A DNA stretch of 27,034 bases, the filler included, from Perkinsus chesapeaki ATCC PRA-425 (taxonomy: Eukaryota; Protista; Perkinsozoa): assembly GCA_013115145.1 (NCBI GenBank). It is 3 parts of 3 records of this genome, joined end to end, with 100 filler letters (N's around TTAATTAATTAA, not from the genome) between each part and the next. Parts side by side here need not be neighbours in the genome. Positions count along the whole stretch, not along the records: positions 1 to 8,994 come from JAAPAO010000952.1; positions 9,095 to 22,764 come from JAAPAO010000777.1; 1 more part is not named here. One strand, written 5' to 3'. The notes beneath the pieces are model-generated. The model was not told the origin of the DNA and ran no database searches. It saw only the letters and a program-made list of their open reading frames with translations. Positions 7,919 through 18,943 of the stretch are shown here, one piece after another (position 1 is the stretch's first letter; the number at the start of each line of letters is the position of its first letter). Made by a program: the position numbers and the translations under genes.

Positions 7919-8770
7919 ATGTTGAAAGATGTAAAATTCCGTCAGACTTCATTATCCACTATTATCGATGGTATGCGATCATCTTCTACGGTCTTTTTGG
8001 CCGATGTAAAGGATGCTTTCCAACAAGTATTATTAGGGCCAAATCTACAACAATTGAGTACTCTATGGTATAGAGACCGCCTATGGTCTTTCACTCGACT
8101 CCCATATGGAGCCTTTCTGAGTCCGTATGTGCTAGAACAAGTTATGGCATTTTTACGTGATAAGTATCATAGTGATATTGATCCGTCTACACCCATTTTC
8201 TACCCATTTCATGTACCTCTGATATCACTCCACTACTACATATCACTCCACTGCTCAACTTTTTCTTTCCCACTTACCTTCGACGACATTCATGTTAATG
8301 ATTCTACCCATATGCTCGGTACGGCTATCGAGGATTATGGTGCCACCATTAGTATTAATCCATCACTATGGCAAACGATATGCAACTCCGGAACAGATGT
8401 CAACAAGTTCACTTTTCGTGACTGTCTATCACTACTAGGCAAGATACCCAATACACAAGAATTTTTACCACCTGGTATTTACCCGTCGAAGAACCTATTA
8501 CAATCTCTTACTGCAAGGACGAAGAATCAAACTAACTCTACATGGGATGATACTATCCCTGCACACTTATTTACTCTCATGTCTGATTTTGTTAACAAAT
8601 GTAAAGCTGCTACTATCCCTGATATCCCTAGGTTGGTCGATTGTTAACTACCTGTCAAAATTTAGTGTGATGCTAGCAACGAATTATCATCTTATAAGAT
8701 TATTCAAAATGGCTATGTTACATCTGTTGCAGTATTCTTACTCATACGTAGAACACAAGGTCAGAAGGAG
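7919..8770 (+). pseudogene. RT and disrupted RNase H of element 2
   Basis: ORF 7919..8647 carries RT motifs. The same frame continues *LPVKI*CDASNELSSYKIIQNG, an RNase H N-terminal motif behind two stop codons. Confidence 0.8.
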
Positions 8771-8889
8771 CTTGTGAGACGGAGTATGAAAAATAGCTAA
8801 TGCTCAGAATACCGTGCACGCATACACAAGGGCGGAGCGAAGGGTTACAAAGGCCATCTGTTGCAGTATTCTTACTCATACGTAGAACA
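8721..8889. repeat. 35-bp exact direct repeat (8721-8755 and 8855-8889)
   Basis: CATCTGTTGCAGTATTCTTACTCATACGTAGAACA occurs twice, 134 bp apart. Confidence 0.95.
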
Positions 8890-8994
8890 TGATCAGCGAA
8901 TGAGCTGCGCGAGTGTAGCGTCTGTGAAATCCCATAAGATTTTGGGAGTTGCGCACACGGACTATTGGTAACACAAAATCTGTACAAGTGGAGA

Positions 8995-9094
8995 NNNNNN
9001 NNNNNNNNNNNNNNNNNNNNNNNNNNNNNNNNNNNNNNTTAATTAATTAANNNNNNNNNNNNNNNNNNNNNNNNNNNNNNNNNNNNNNNNNNNN
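8995..9094. other. Assembly gap with artificial six-frame-stop linker
   Basis: 44 N + TTAATTAATTAA (9039-9050) + 44 N; the same construct occurs at 22765-22864. Confidence 0.98.
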
Positions 9095-10700
9095 CGAGGT
9101 GCCTGAGCCTGCATTTCGCCGATAAACTAGAGAGCTTCTCATTCCAATCTCCTGATAGTCTTATAACGTACAAGAAAACTGCTTGAAGCCTTTTAGCTTA
9201 AACCGAAAGCCTCACGGTGTTCGGTTCGGCTCGAGCTGCTCAAGCAATCCTCCAGCGTCGGCAGCTACCCGCGCTTTTAGATGAAATAGGTCAATTGTCG
9301 CACTATCCCATTTACTTTTATGCTCAGCTTCTCCAAAGTTTAGTTTGAGTATTTGACGATAGTGTTTGTATGTTTATTCAAACTATAAGTCTTTCCGAAG
9401 ACGTACGGTAGCTTTTATAGCTCTCATAGTTTTTCAAAACAGCTGATATCGTTCTTGTGTAAGTACAGCCAAGTTAATTAATTATATACTGGGTGTGTCA
9501 AGAGGTTCGATTTGCATCATCTCGCAATATTCCCTGAAACTGCACTCGACTCATTCTCTAGCCTCCGACGTCAGCCGTGATGCCCTCCGCTACAACGCGG
9601 TTCATTTTCCATTGGCAAGTGGTGCTTTGGATAGTCTCATTGACAAGTCAGCTCAACAGCTTTCTATTCAATCCTCAATTCAGATGTTACATCTCACCAT
9701 CGGCGCGACTGAGAATCATAAACATTACGACCTGGGTATCGAATAGCCCCCTGCGGGTGCACAAGTCTGAATTGACGAGCCCTCAGATGCCGCAGACTCG
9801 AGGCTCCTGAGTCAACGTTCTACGGACGGCATCACTACCTTCAAATTTCAAGCTGTTGATGGTGGACTCCGCTAGTGGACCTTGGATGTCCCACTTAGGA
9901 TGAGCTCTTACCCGATTCACGAGGATCCCGGCATGTTGTTCCCTATCAGGAAGCCAAATAAGCTCTGGCAGCTCTAACACATATATACTAATTCGCGCTA
10001 CGTAACGTTCCCAAAGACTCAGTAGTAGCCGCTATACTATCTTAGGCTACACTATATTGGGCAGGCATACCAGAAAGGCAATAGTATACAGACTGTAAAA
10101 TACAGTTATCAACATTATTTCAAATTTTGAAATCCAAAAGCTTGCACTGCTCAATGGTGAGCAATGCATTTGGCACATACACTTTGCAAAAGTAAACTAA
10201 GTGCCGATATGCGAATCGTCCTAGTCAAAACGACCGCAAAAACTGATGTGATGTGGACAGTACTGCACGGACACACATTACAACTGCTTGCTTGGGGATC
10301 CTTATCACGGAGCTTTCTCACTTATCTTCTTCAAGGCTGTTGGCTATTATGTCAGCGAGGCTCCTTATCATGTGTCAGCTCATTGGGCTGTCACACTGTA
10401 GAATGATACTAATGCCATATTGATGTCGATACCTTTGAATCAAAGGCTCATAGGCTTTGAGCCAGAGTTCCACAAAACGAAGCTGAACGGAACCAGGAGC
10501 TTCCCTATCGACAGTGTCATCGAGATGACATTTCCAGTACGACACGTGTCGGGAGCCGCTCCGCAAGTGTTCCGTTCTGAGCCAGGGGCCCGAAACGGTC
10601 ACGGTGCACATGTCGCGGCACACTAAGTCTTCTTGTACGCTGCGACTCCTGTAGCTTCCAGGATTGTCGGATTTCATAAAGTATCGATTCAATAGTGCAT
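9095..10700 (-). pseudogene. Possible heavily decayed retroelement remnant
   Basis: Only short coding-like fragments broken by stops: a gag-like stretch (10375-10692), 9783-9980, and RVAADAGGLLEQL near 9250, which loosely resembles an RT ADxxxAFxQ motif. No intact diagnostic motif. Confidence 0.3.
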
Positions 10701-10769
10701 TGATAAGCTGGCCAAATAGGGTAGGGTAGGACTAATGCGGATGAAGGTTTAATTATCTACACGTACATT

Positions 10770-11043
10770 GACTGTCCCAGACACAGTCACTGTGTCACAG
10801 TGTGCCCGATCCTGCACGGATGCACATAACGCTGGTTAAGTTCCATCCGACTTCCTTCAAGGAAGTTCTAAGATAATGCCCAGGCATTACGCCTGGGTGC
10901 AACTTTTGACTTGAGTAGTTGCCACGTTGGTTATCCTCTGGTAACCCCGAGTCAGAAGTCCCTACTAAGGAGCACTCTTAGGCGGCTCAGGTTGGGCTAT
11001 TGAGTTAGTTCTATAGAGCTGTTGGACCAACAGTGTTGGTCCA
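10770..11043. repeat. Cluster of tight, overlapping inverted repeats
   Basis: GACACAGT-C-ACTGTGTC overlapping CACTGTG-T-CACAGTG; ACTTCCTT-C-AAGGAAGT; TAATGCC-CA-GGCATTA overlapping CCCAGGC-ATTAC-GCCTGGG; CTGTTGG-A-CCAACAG overlapping TGGACCAACA-G-TGTTGGTCCA. Confidence 0.85.
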
Positions 11044-11247
11044 TCGCTCGCGCCCCGGGGCAGTATTGGTATATGCAAGCGGACCATCACTTGCTCACAG
11101 ACGACTTACGTACGCACGCATGTGTCGACCACAGGCCGATACATCTAGCGTGGTTCAAATCCCGGGCCTGACATTTTTCCAGTAATTTCTTGGTCAACAG
11201 TTATTCGTCGTTAGCCTCGACCAATTCTTCTCTAGTTTTATTATCCC

Positions 11248-14200
11248 ATGCCTTTAAATGATGATGTGCTCGCATCGCAGCCCCAGCACGACCCGACGGC
11301 AAAGCGGCTCGAACGGCGGCGAAATCTTTACAATTCTTTCGTTGATGGTAACACCACGCCTCCCGCTGGTAACACTATCTTATCGAACAGGCTCCGACGA
11401 GGACAATGGCTATTCCTTGACCCGAGCGATATCCTGGAAAGAGTTCAGTGCCTTAACCGATGCATGCCTTTGTATTCTCCTCGCAGCCAGCCAGCAACTG
11501 GAGGCACTAGCCAAGGTAGCCCACAAGTGAACTGCCGCGTTGCCGTATGTGACGTTTTCAGACCATCACACCGTCGATTTCCCGAGCGAACTGGTGGTCA
11601 ATATGTAGCGCCTATCCTTTATGGCAAGGAGCTATGAGGCCGATGGCTCTGGTTAGCGTCCTTATGCCTTCGGCGATTAAAGGCTGTCGAGTGAGGCGAA
11701 GTTGAAGGTTGGTAGTTGAAATGGCGTTCAGGTGGCACCCCCTTCTCGGGAATCCTGTGTGGCATTCTACATTCATAGAGCATGGTCTCAAGTGCAGTAC
11801 GCGGGGCAGCATTCGGCAGCATTAGAAACACTAGCGATTGGAGCCAGACTGCTCCTAGGCCAGCAAGTGAGCTCTCGCTTACCCAGTCGATGGAGGAAGC
11901 TTTCTTCACAGATACCGAGTCGGCCAGAGCAACTGAACGTCCCGACAAAGCTTCGGGCGCCGCCAGGGCCTATGGAGGCCCTACTATATGGTTTATATAA
12001 GCTCATCGCGGAGCACGCACTGCAAGTGGCGACTTACGGGCATGATGCCCCCTCCTTCGACGAATGGCTCAGCCTCACACCGGTCCAGCGGATAGGCAGG
12101 ATTATCGACAAGTCAGCTCCAGGTGGAACGGCGAAGGCCTTGGCTGAACTAGCAGTGCCTTGCGATGTGCCACCGATCCCTTCACCGAACCCTCATGTTA
12201 TCAGCGCAGTCTACGGTTCATCACCGGACGCGCTGCCTTCAGGGCTCCTGGAATCCTGTGCCTCAACGGTTGCTGTGACGGTTGAGACATGTGCAATTGA
12301 GTACCTTAGTGAAAAGGTGAGATCTACCAGAAGTCCTAATGAGGCTGTTGAGACCATAGAAAGGATCGCAGATGTGGTGGAAGCATCCAAGCCGACTCTC
12401 AAACCGCAAGACCGTATAATCAGATCAACGGCCAGGCTTGTTCAGTTCGCCGTTGATAGCGTTTATGAAAGTCGGTATGCTCCCGCGGTGCGAATTCATC
12501 CGTATGTGTCGGAGATCTACCAGTCATTGCCAGCCGGCACCAACGGTACACCGCGGGGGATGAAGCCCGAGGCCTGGGAGAAGCTGATGGCCAGAGCTGA
12601 CAGACTGGACGGCCATACGACATGCGCTGAGTTGATGGACTCAAATTTCAATGTAGTGTGTGGTAGGGTGACATTCCGGTTTCTGGAGGCCTGTAGTGGC
12701 GGCGGCGACCCGCCGATGACAATCGCTGATAAGGAGTATGCTAATAGGTTGGTTTATAGTATGCTGATGGAGGCTGGATCAAAGCCCAGGAGCGAGCAGT
12801 TCTGGAAGAGCTTGCTCGATATTATTCTGTATATCGTGAACCACGGCTTATCGAACGCGGTCACGGTGTCGCAGTCCTACAGTCAATTCTGTGACCAACT
12901 TGTGGGGCAGGACAGCCTTCCAGAAGTGTTGAGGTGGGCCGTGGACAGGTGGCGCTCGGATGGCGGAGGCGGCGGCGAGGTTGATGACTGGATAGAGGAG
13001 GCGGCTATCAGAGCGATTGACTCGGCAGACGCCCTGCGGTATGATATCGGCATCGAAAGAGCTCGACGGCTGCTGAAACTGACCAAATCGTCACGCGCCA
13101 GGAAATTATCTCAATTGCTGGATATTTGTGCGAAGGTTTTCGACCTCCTCTCGTACCGGGAGTATCGCGGGCCGGGGATCGGTGGTAAGCTGGTGGGCCA
13201 AGCCGTGAACGTTGTGCTGAAGGCGGCGGCTACTCCGAATGCCCGGGCATCCTTCCGGGACTTTGCCTTCTCGACGCCTCATGAGGTTCGCATGCTCCTG
13301 GCCACTCACGGCGAGGACGAGGCGGCGTTCAAGTTGCTCAATGCGGTGGTTGCATATAACCTGCAGTCTGTGGGCAACAGTGATGGCCTGCGAGATCTCT
13401 GCGAGAGCGTCAGCCCGGGTTCGTGGTTGAGAGGAGGTCTGCTGCTGGTATGCCAGTATAGCTTGGCTCAGGGTAGGGTTGAGCAGGGTGTCCGGTACAC
13501 TAGGCAGTTGAAACAATCCGGATACGGCAACTGTTGGAGGCTGGCCTCGGCTGTAGTCCAGAGTGATGGTCTTGGACAGCTTGGTGAGGAGGACAGGAAA
13601 GAGATGAACAACATTATTGCGGATGGTGTCACCACATGTAGCGACGATGACATTTATGATGCTGTAGAGACGATGAGATCGACCAGTGCCTATTTGGACG
13701 AGGCGGTGGGCATTCGGTTGCCAGTGTTGGCTGATGACGAGGAGTGGGCTGACACGATTCCTGAATGGCCTCCGGAAAAGATGGACGACATCAAGACGGA
13801 TTTTGTCCTCCCGGGTTCGACCCTCGGTGGGGGTATCTTCTCCTCGAATGGTTGTGATGTGTCCCAGCTGATGGACCTGTGCGCTTCGGTGAAGTCTCTT
13901 CCTCAAGGGGCCATGTTGCCAGCTTATGTGATGCCGGCCGACGGCTCTGTTGTCGACGCCGGGATTAGTCTCCTGTCCGAGGATCCCGATCTTGCCGGTA
14001 TTCTCATGCGGCTCGGAGCGCGGCCTGAAGAGGTCGATGAGAAGCTTCTGTGTCCAGCGCTTGACAGCGACGTGATGCCTCTCGGAGAGCAGCGTCGTGT
14101 TGTTTCATTTGTACGGTCTCTGAGCGTTACTGGCTCCCCTAGGGAGGCTCGGCTAGGCCTGATCGTGAAACTGCTGGATCGTTGCGTCCCACTGAAAGAG

Positions 14201-15223
14201 GAATACCGGTACTTGTCCGTGGTTCGGCTGGCCGGCGACGAGGCTTATCGTGAGGCTGTGCTGCTGAGGATCTCCCGGCAACAGGCCTCATGTCGTCGCG
14301 ACGGTTGCGGTATGAACACGGACATACAGAAGGCCCTTGGGGCGCTGGCTCAGCTGGATGGTGACGACGAGATACCTGAGGACTCCGAATCGGAGGTAGA
14401 GGATGTGGCAACTCCCTCGGCGAAGGACGACTGGGCTGACGTTCTTGATGGGGATATAGTGGAGCGTGTTGACGATCCAGAGTTCATCGCGAAGGTTGCA
14501 GGCAGTGGTGTTGGCGGGAAACACAGCAGCTACAACAGGACCGCTGCGGTGCTGTCGGTGGAGCAGCTGGCGACGGTTCTAACGAGCAATGTGGCGGAGC
14601 CTTCATGTGAAGATACGGCCATGAGATTGTTTCCAAAGTGCATAGTGAGCCCTGATATCTTCGAGGAGCGACTTAATAAAGTGCTGGATGAAATTAGTTA
14701 TCGAAAGGCTGGAAGCCCAGACGAGCAGGAGCAGCTGGTGCAGCGCTACTTGCTGACAAGAAAGCTGCTCGACATTGTCGCAGCAGGCGGCGGGCAGGTG
14801 ACCGAGGCGTTGACCAGGCTCCACGGTCTTCTTCCTGGCCTCGACGTTCGGCGGCTCCCTCTCAGCATTGGTACGGTTTTCCGAGAATGCGGAGGGTCTC
14901 TGTCGCTGGTGGGCGAGGTTTGCGTGGTAATCGACGGAGTTGCCGGGATCGGGTTCGAGGCTGGAGACCTTGCCGAACTCGCAGTTGAGCGCAAGAAAGT
15001 TTTCGATGTTGTGCCGCCATTGCTGAAGTCCTTTGTTAAGTCCCCTGTCACCACGGACAACTGGAACGGTGATGACGAGGATAAGCCGATTGATGGTCAC
15101 AGGCAATCGGCCACGGACGACTGGGATTTGGGGGACGACGGCTGGGACGACGATATGAATGGGGAGGCCGCCCTCGATGATGAGGATCTACTCGGCAGCG
15201 ATCCCGATGGCTGGGACTTTTAG
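11248..15223 (+). CDS. Sec39/NBAS-like vesicle-tethering protein, 4 exons, 1281 aa
   Basis: Exons 11248-11347, 11391-11515, 11562-11690 and 11732-15223 are joined by GT-AG introns of 43, 46 and 41 nt that keep the frame. The N-terminus (RLERRRNLYNSF...WKEFSAL...LAASQQLEAL) and CWRLASAVV...RKEMNNIIADGVTTC resemble Sec39/NBAS segments as I recall them; no search was run. Confidence 0.6.
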
Positions 15224-16246
15224 AACTGTCCTCGGCGACTGACACGCCGACAGCGACTTTGTTATAGTATTTCTCAATAAGTGGTTTCATATATCTCTTA
15301 TGGATTCGCGTTGAGTGGTTCAATGTGTATTATTGAATCCTGTTGTACCTAAAGGTGGTGCAAGCCTGGCCAACTTCACCCACCGTTCCTCTCCTTCTGG
15401 GCATCTTGCTCGACTGTGAAAAGTTGAGCTCATTTGGGGCGACATGGAAGAAGACTAATATCCCATGCACGGTTATGCTGTGTTATGCAGTATTGGCTGC
15501 AGCTCCTCTGTAAATAAATGCTTCGTGGAGCACAATGAGTAGTTGCCGTTTCTATTGTTGGGATTTCGCTTGTAGTGGGAAATAATAGCTAGCGGTTTTC
15601 TTTGCTGCTCACAGTGATAGGTGGCCGCCGAGGCACCTTGTTAATAAATATTGTCGGTTTAATATGATGATAAATAGCATTACTGAGGAGAGGCCATATA
15701 ATAGGTCATCCATGTCTAATATTTTTATAGTAGTTTTCAAGCTGATCACCGGACCTAGAGTGATGCTATTAACTCAATCGCATGCAACGACCGGCCAATG
15801 ACGACGAAGTTGCCATCTCATCATAATCTATTATCAGTATTGCCATGGACTGCCGATGTCCATGATAGGCAATGATGGGCAGCATCATGTCCGGCGGCGC
15901 TGTCTCCGTTCTCCTCCTTCCTCAGTTACCCAGGTAGATACCACTACTAACCTTGCCTGGTCGATGGTGAAACTCCGCTCTACACCATTTTCCGGTCAAC
16001 TTTAAGTCTGTGATATGTCTGTGAATGGTGTCAGGTTTGTCAGGTGACATCGCGTGCATTCCCTACATTGATCGGGAACGGGTGTAATATTGTTGTTTGT
16101 CGGATCATTTTAAATAACGCTTCCACACGTGGTTCCAGACTCTTCAGTGTTGTCAATTCGCTCAGTCGCTGTTTCAGCCTTCGTGTTCACTTTAGCACTC
16201 TCGTCTGCCTTGAGCGCCACATTCAGCCCTAATGGACACTTCTACC

Positions 16247-17450
16247 ATGTCCCTGCCCGTAGGCTCCCGAGCTGTTAACTCAGCAGAAATCTTTGAGCAG
16301 GTCTTAGCCGCCTATGCCGCGGGCGATATCATCAGGCTAGCAATGGTCGTCGGCAGCCTTTATAACGTTTACTGCACCATGTGAGCTTCCTAGGCCTCCT
16401 AGGGGAGGGACCAGAGCGTTTCATACTACTACAATAGTTTAAGCATTCAGAGTAAATGATGTAGCTTAAGTCTAGGGATAGCCCAGATCCAAGCCACTTA
16501 ATACTTTTCACTAGTGGGGGAAATAGTTTTTCCATCTTCTCGTTTGCAAGCCCTTATTATGTATGCTCCCCTGTAGGTACGGTTACCCTCCTTATAGCTC
16601 CGTCCACAACACCAACGCAGCAACACGCAGTCAGTGTCGCCGACTGGCCTGCGTTCGGATGTGCCCTTGGACAGGTCCCCCTCCCTATCAGTCATCAAGT
16701 CCTATGAAAGGAAATGGCGCTACTTCACCGACAACTAGTCCACTAGTAGCGGTATCCACGCTCCGCACTGTGGAGAGATCCCTTGTAGGCCCCGTTGAAG
16801 ACGCCTGTAGCTACTAGAAGCTCCACACCGAAACGCTCTGCACGGCGCACGAGTGAGTTTTTAACCGAATGCAACGTCATTGAGAAACGGTTTTTAAATG
16901 ACGAAGATAAACCCATCTCGGAAGAGGACATAGTTGTCTATTCCTCAGTCTGGGATAGAAAGCTTTGAGTGTATGGCTTGCTGTAGGTGGTGGCAAGTCG
17001 GGCGCGTCGAGAGCGCGTGGATCCCCGCCAATGGAGACTATCATAATCTCGAACCTTTCGGACGAATCTCCATCTGGTTGTGGTTTGGTTCTCCCCACAC
17101 CTCCCCAGGCATCACGACACATGATGAGAACGCCGGTCTCGAGCGCTAGTTCTGGCTATCCTGTGAATCTGAAAGCATGGTAAGAAGAAAGAAGGCGGAG
17201 CGAAGCGAAACATTTCATTCTCGCAGGTCGCCAACTCCATCGCCAACCGCGCAGCCGGCTGTGATCACGCCTATCGATCAGGCCTCTATTGTAGGCCGAG
17301 CTTCATGAGCTGGTTCATTCTCATCTATCAGACCCGATCACTCTGTGGATCGCTGTCTGCCATTGAACCACCCAGCCGCGGTGGATTTGACGGCCGCGTT
17401 ATTGTCCAGTTCTTCAACGGTTGCCTTAGCAGCAAGAATGCAGTGTTAGC
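16247..17450 (+). CDS. Hypothetical multi-exon Ser/Pro/Thr-rich protein, possibly a pseudogene
   Basis: ATG at 16247 opens MSLPVGSRAVNSAEIFEQVLAAYAAGDIIRLAMVVGSLYNVYCT, followed by a GTGAG donor. There is a clean 47-nt intron at 17180-17226. The middle exons need frameshifts or readthrough, so no complete model could be built. Confidence 0.35.
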
Positions 17451-17802
17451 TCTTGAGACGTAGGCAACGCGAAACGCTAGGAACTTCGTGGGTGTGACTT
17501 GGGTTGGCTTCGTGGGTGCCACAACGTCATGACCTTCTTAAACTTTATCAACGTACCACAATTCTGAAACTTTGCAAATGGGTCAAGCGTGTCTGTATGT
17601 CCCGTAAGAATGAAGATCGCTAATGGGTCTGGGAGAGCCTCTTCTCTGCCGTGGTGTAAGCGCTTGCACGGTTTATCAGTGTTGTTATGTACCCCCCCCC
17701 CGACATATACCAAAGGGGAAATAAAATTGGGGGGGTTTGGGTATTCCCATTTATCTTGGCATCAGCCAGTAATACTGGCCCATTATAAAGCACTTAGAGG
17801 CA

Positions 17803-18181
17803 TGAGTCCTCATGATGAGGCAGATATGACAACACTGTTGTTTACTGCCATCGTGCATCGTTTACGGAGTTGGTAAGCAGATGGTGACTGATCAGGTATG
17901 CGAAGTATAAGGAGGAGAAGATGCCAAGAGCAGATCCGGCAATCAATCTTCAGGTCTCCAGCAGCCTTTCCTCATAATCATATCCTTCCTTGTAGGTAGT
18001 CGATAAGGTCGTAAAGGTGCTGGCTGTGAAGGAGCAATGGGAGGAGATATGCGCCATTTATGTTGGAGACATGCGACCTCTCAATTTGATTCCAGGTATG
18101 GCCGGCGCTAGACCTTGGGCGTCGATTCTTCTTGGTACTATGTTACTGATCCTGGTAGTTGAATACTGTGTAAAGCAGTAG
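17803..18181 (+). CDS. Short hypothetical gene fragment ending in a hydrophobic segment
   Basis: Spliced reading MSPHDEADMTTLLFTAIVHRLRSW / YAKYKEEKMPRADPAINLQ / VVDKVVKVLAVKEQWEEI...ILLGTMLLILVVEYCVKQ*. It needs an unusually short 23-nt intron and a weak donor. Confidence 0.3.
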
Positions 18182-18207
18182 AGAATACACTGATCCACAC
18201 ATTCTCA

Positions 18208-18326
18208 TCTAATCTAGTATCTAATCTATCTAGTATCTATAGTATCTATATCTAATCTAGTATCTAATCTATCTAGTATCTATAGTATCTATATCTAATC
18301 TAGTATCTAATCTAATCTTGTATCTA
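18208..18326. repeat. 43-bp tandem repeat (about 2.5 copies) built from TCTA/TATC sub-repeats
   Basis: TCTAATCTAGTATCTAATCTATCTAGTATCTATAGTATCTATA at 18208 and 18251, partial copy from 18294. Confidence 0.95.
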
Positions 18327-18943
18327 CTAATTTATATCGACTAGATTTCGTGTGTTCAATAATCCCAAGAAGTATGATTGTTCGGCCTGCCAGACAATAT
18401 GCCCCACCGCGTGGTCGACAAGATTTTAGATGGAGGGTTTAATGATGAAGTATCTGATTTTTCCGAACTAAAATTTGAACTTTATCGCTCAGCATTATAT
18501 TTCCCGGCCGGAACGCATACATAGTTTTAACTTTGTAAGTGAGCTTGAGCACGATTATATTCGCAGGAAGGCCGAGAACAACTGAGCTTCTGGGATGATC
18601 CCAGAATAGTGCAATAGTACCTGGGCGAATCCCAGAACATTGAATGTCGCAGTAAGTTCATAGGAATACATTCTCTTTGAACGTCAGTATTAAGAGCTAG
18701 TAGGAGGTTTTCGAGGAAGACATTTCTGTGAGGCTGCCAGATGTCTGCATAGATGTTGAGGACACTTAACCAATACTACTTTTTTCAAAAAAGGCGTAAA
18801 CGTTGAACGGTCGAAAAAGGTTTCTTAAGCACGGCATCATGAGCAACTGCCAGCTCGCTATCTCGGGGACGAGTTGATGTTCGATGTTTGCTCTCGTATC
18901 TGAAATTAAATAACTTCCGCTGATAAGATCCCAACTTGTTCAG

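Larger units (their letters stand above)
6769..8994 (+). mobile_element. Decayed, 5'-truncated Ty3/gypsy-like retrotransposon (element 2), cut by the assembly gap
   Basis: Gag tail with CCCH finger, protease DSG (7212-7220), RT motifs (LADVKDAFQQV, TRLPYG) and RNase H start CDAS (8666-8677). Frameshifts near 7021 and 7823-7860; stops at 8645 and 8663. Confidence 0.85.

Noticed and set aside
9039-9050. TTAATTAATTAA inside the N runs (also 22809-22820) as a biological motif
   Set aside because: Identical, centred in both gaps and encoding stops in all six frames; it is a scaffolding linker.
11528-11731. Five in-frame stops upstream of the 1163-aa ORF as hypermutation or readthrough
   Set aside because: Explained by splicing: GT-AG introns 11516-11561 and 11691-11731 move the middle exon into another open frame.
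13106-13906. 266-aa antisense ORF, plus other antisense ORFs inside the long gene and pol
   Set aside because: Shadow ORFs of GC-rich coding sequence; no recognisable motifs.
15330-16000. Hydrophobic ORF-lets suggesting a membrane protein gene
   Set aside because: No consistent exon chain could be built; frequent stops.
17691-17741. C10 and G7 runs forming a possible hairpin
   Set aside because: Low-complexity pairing with a long loop; no supporting context.
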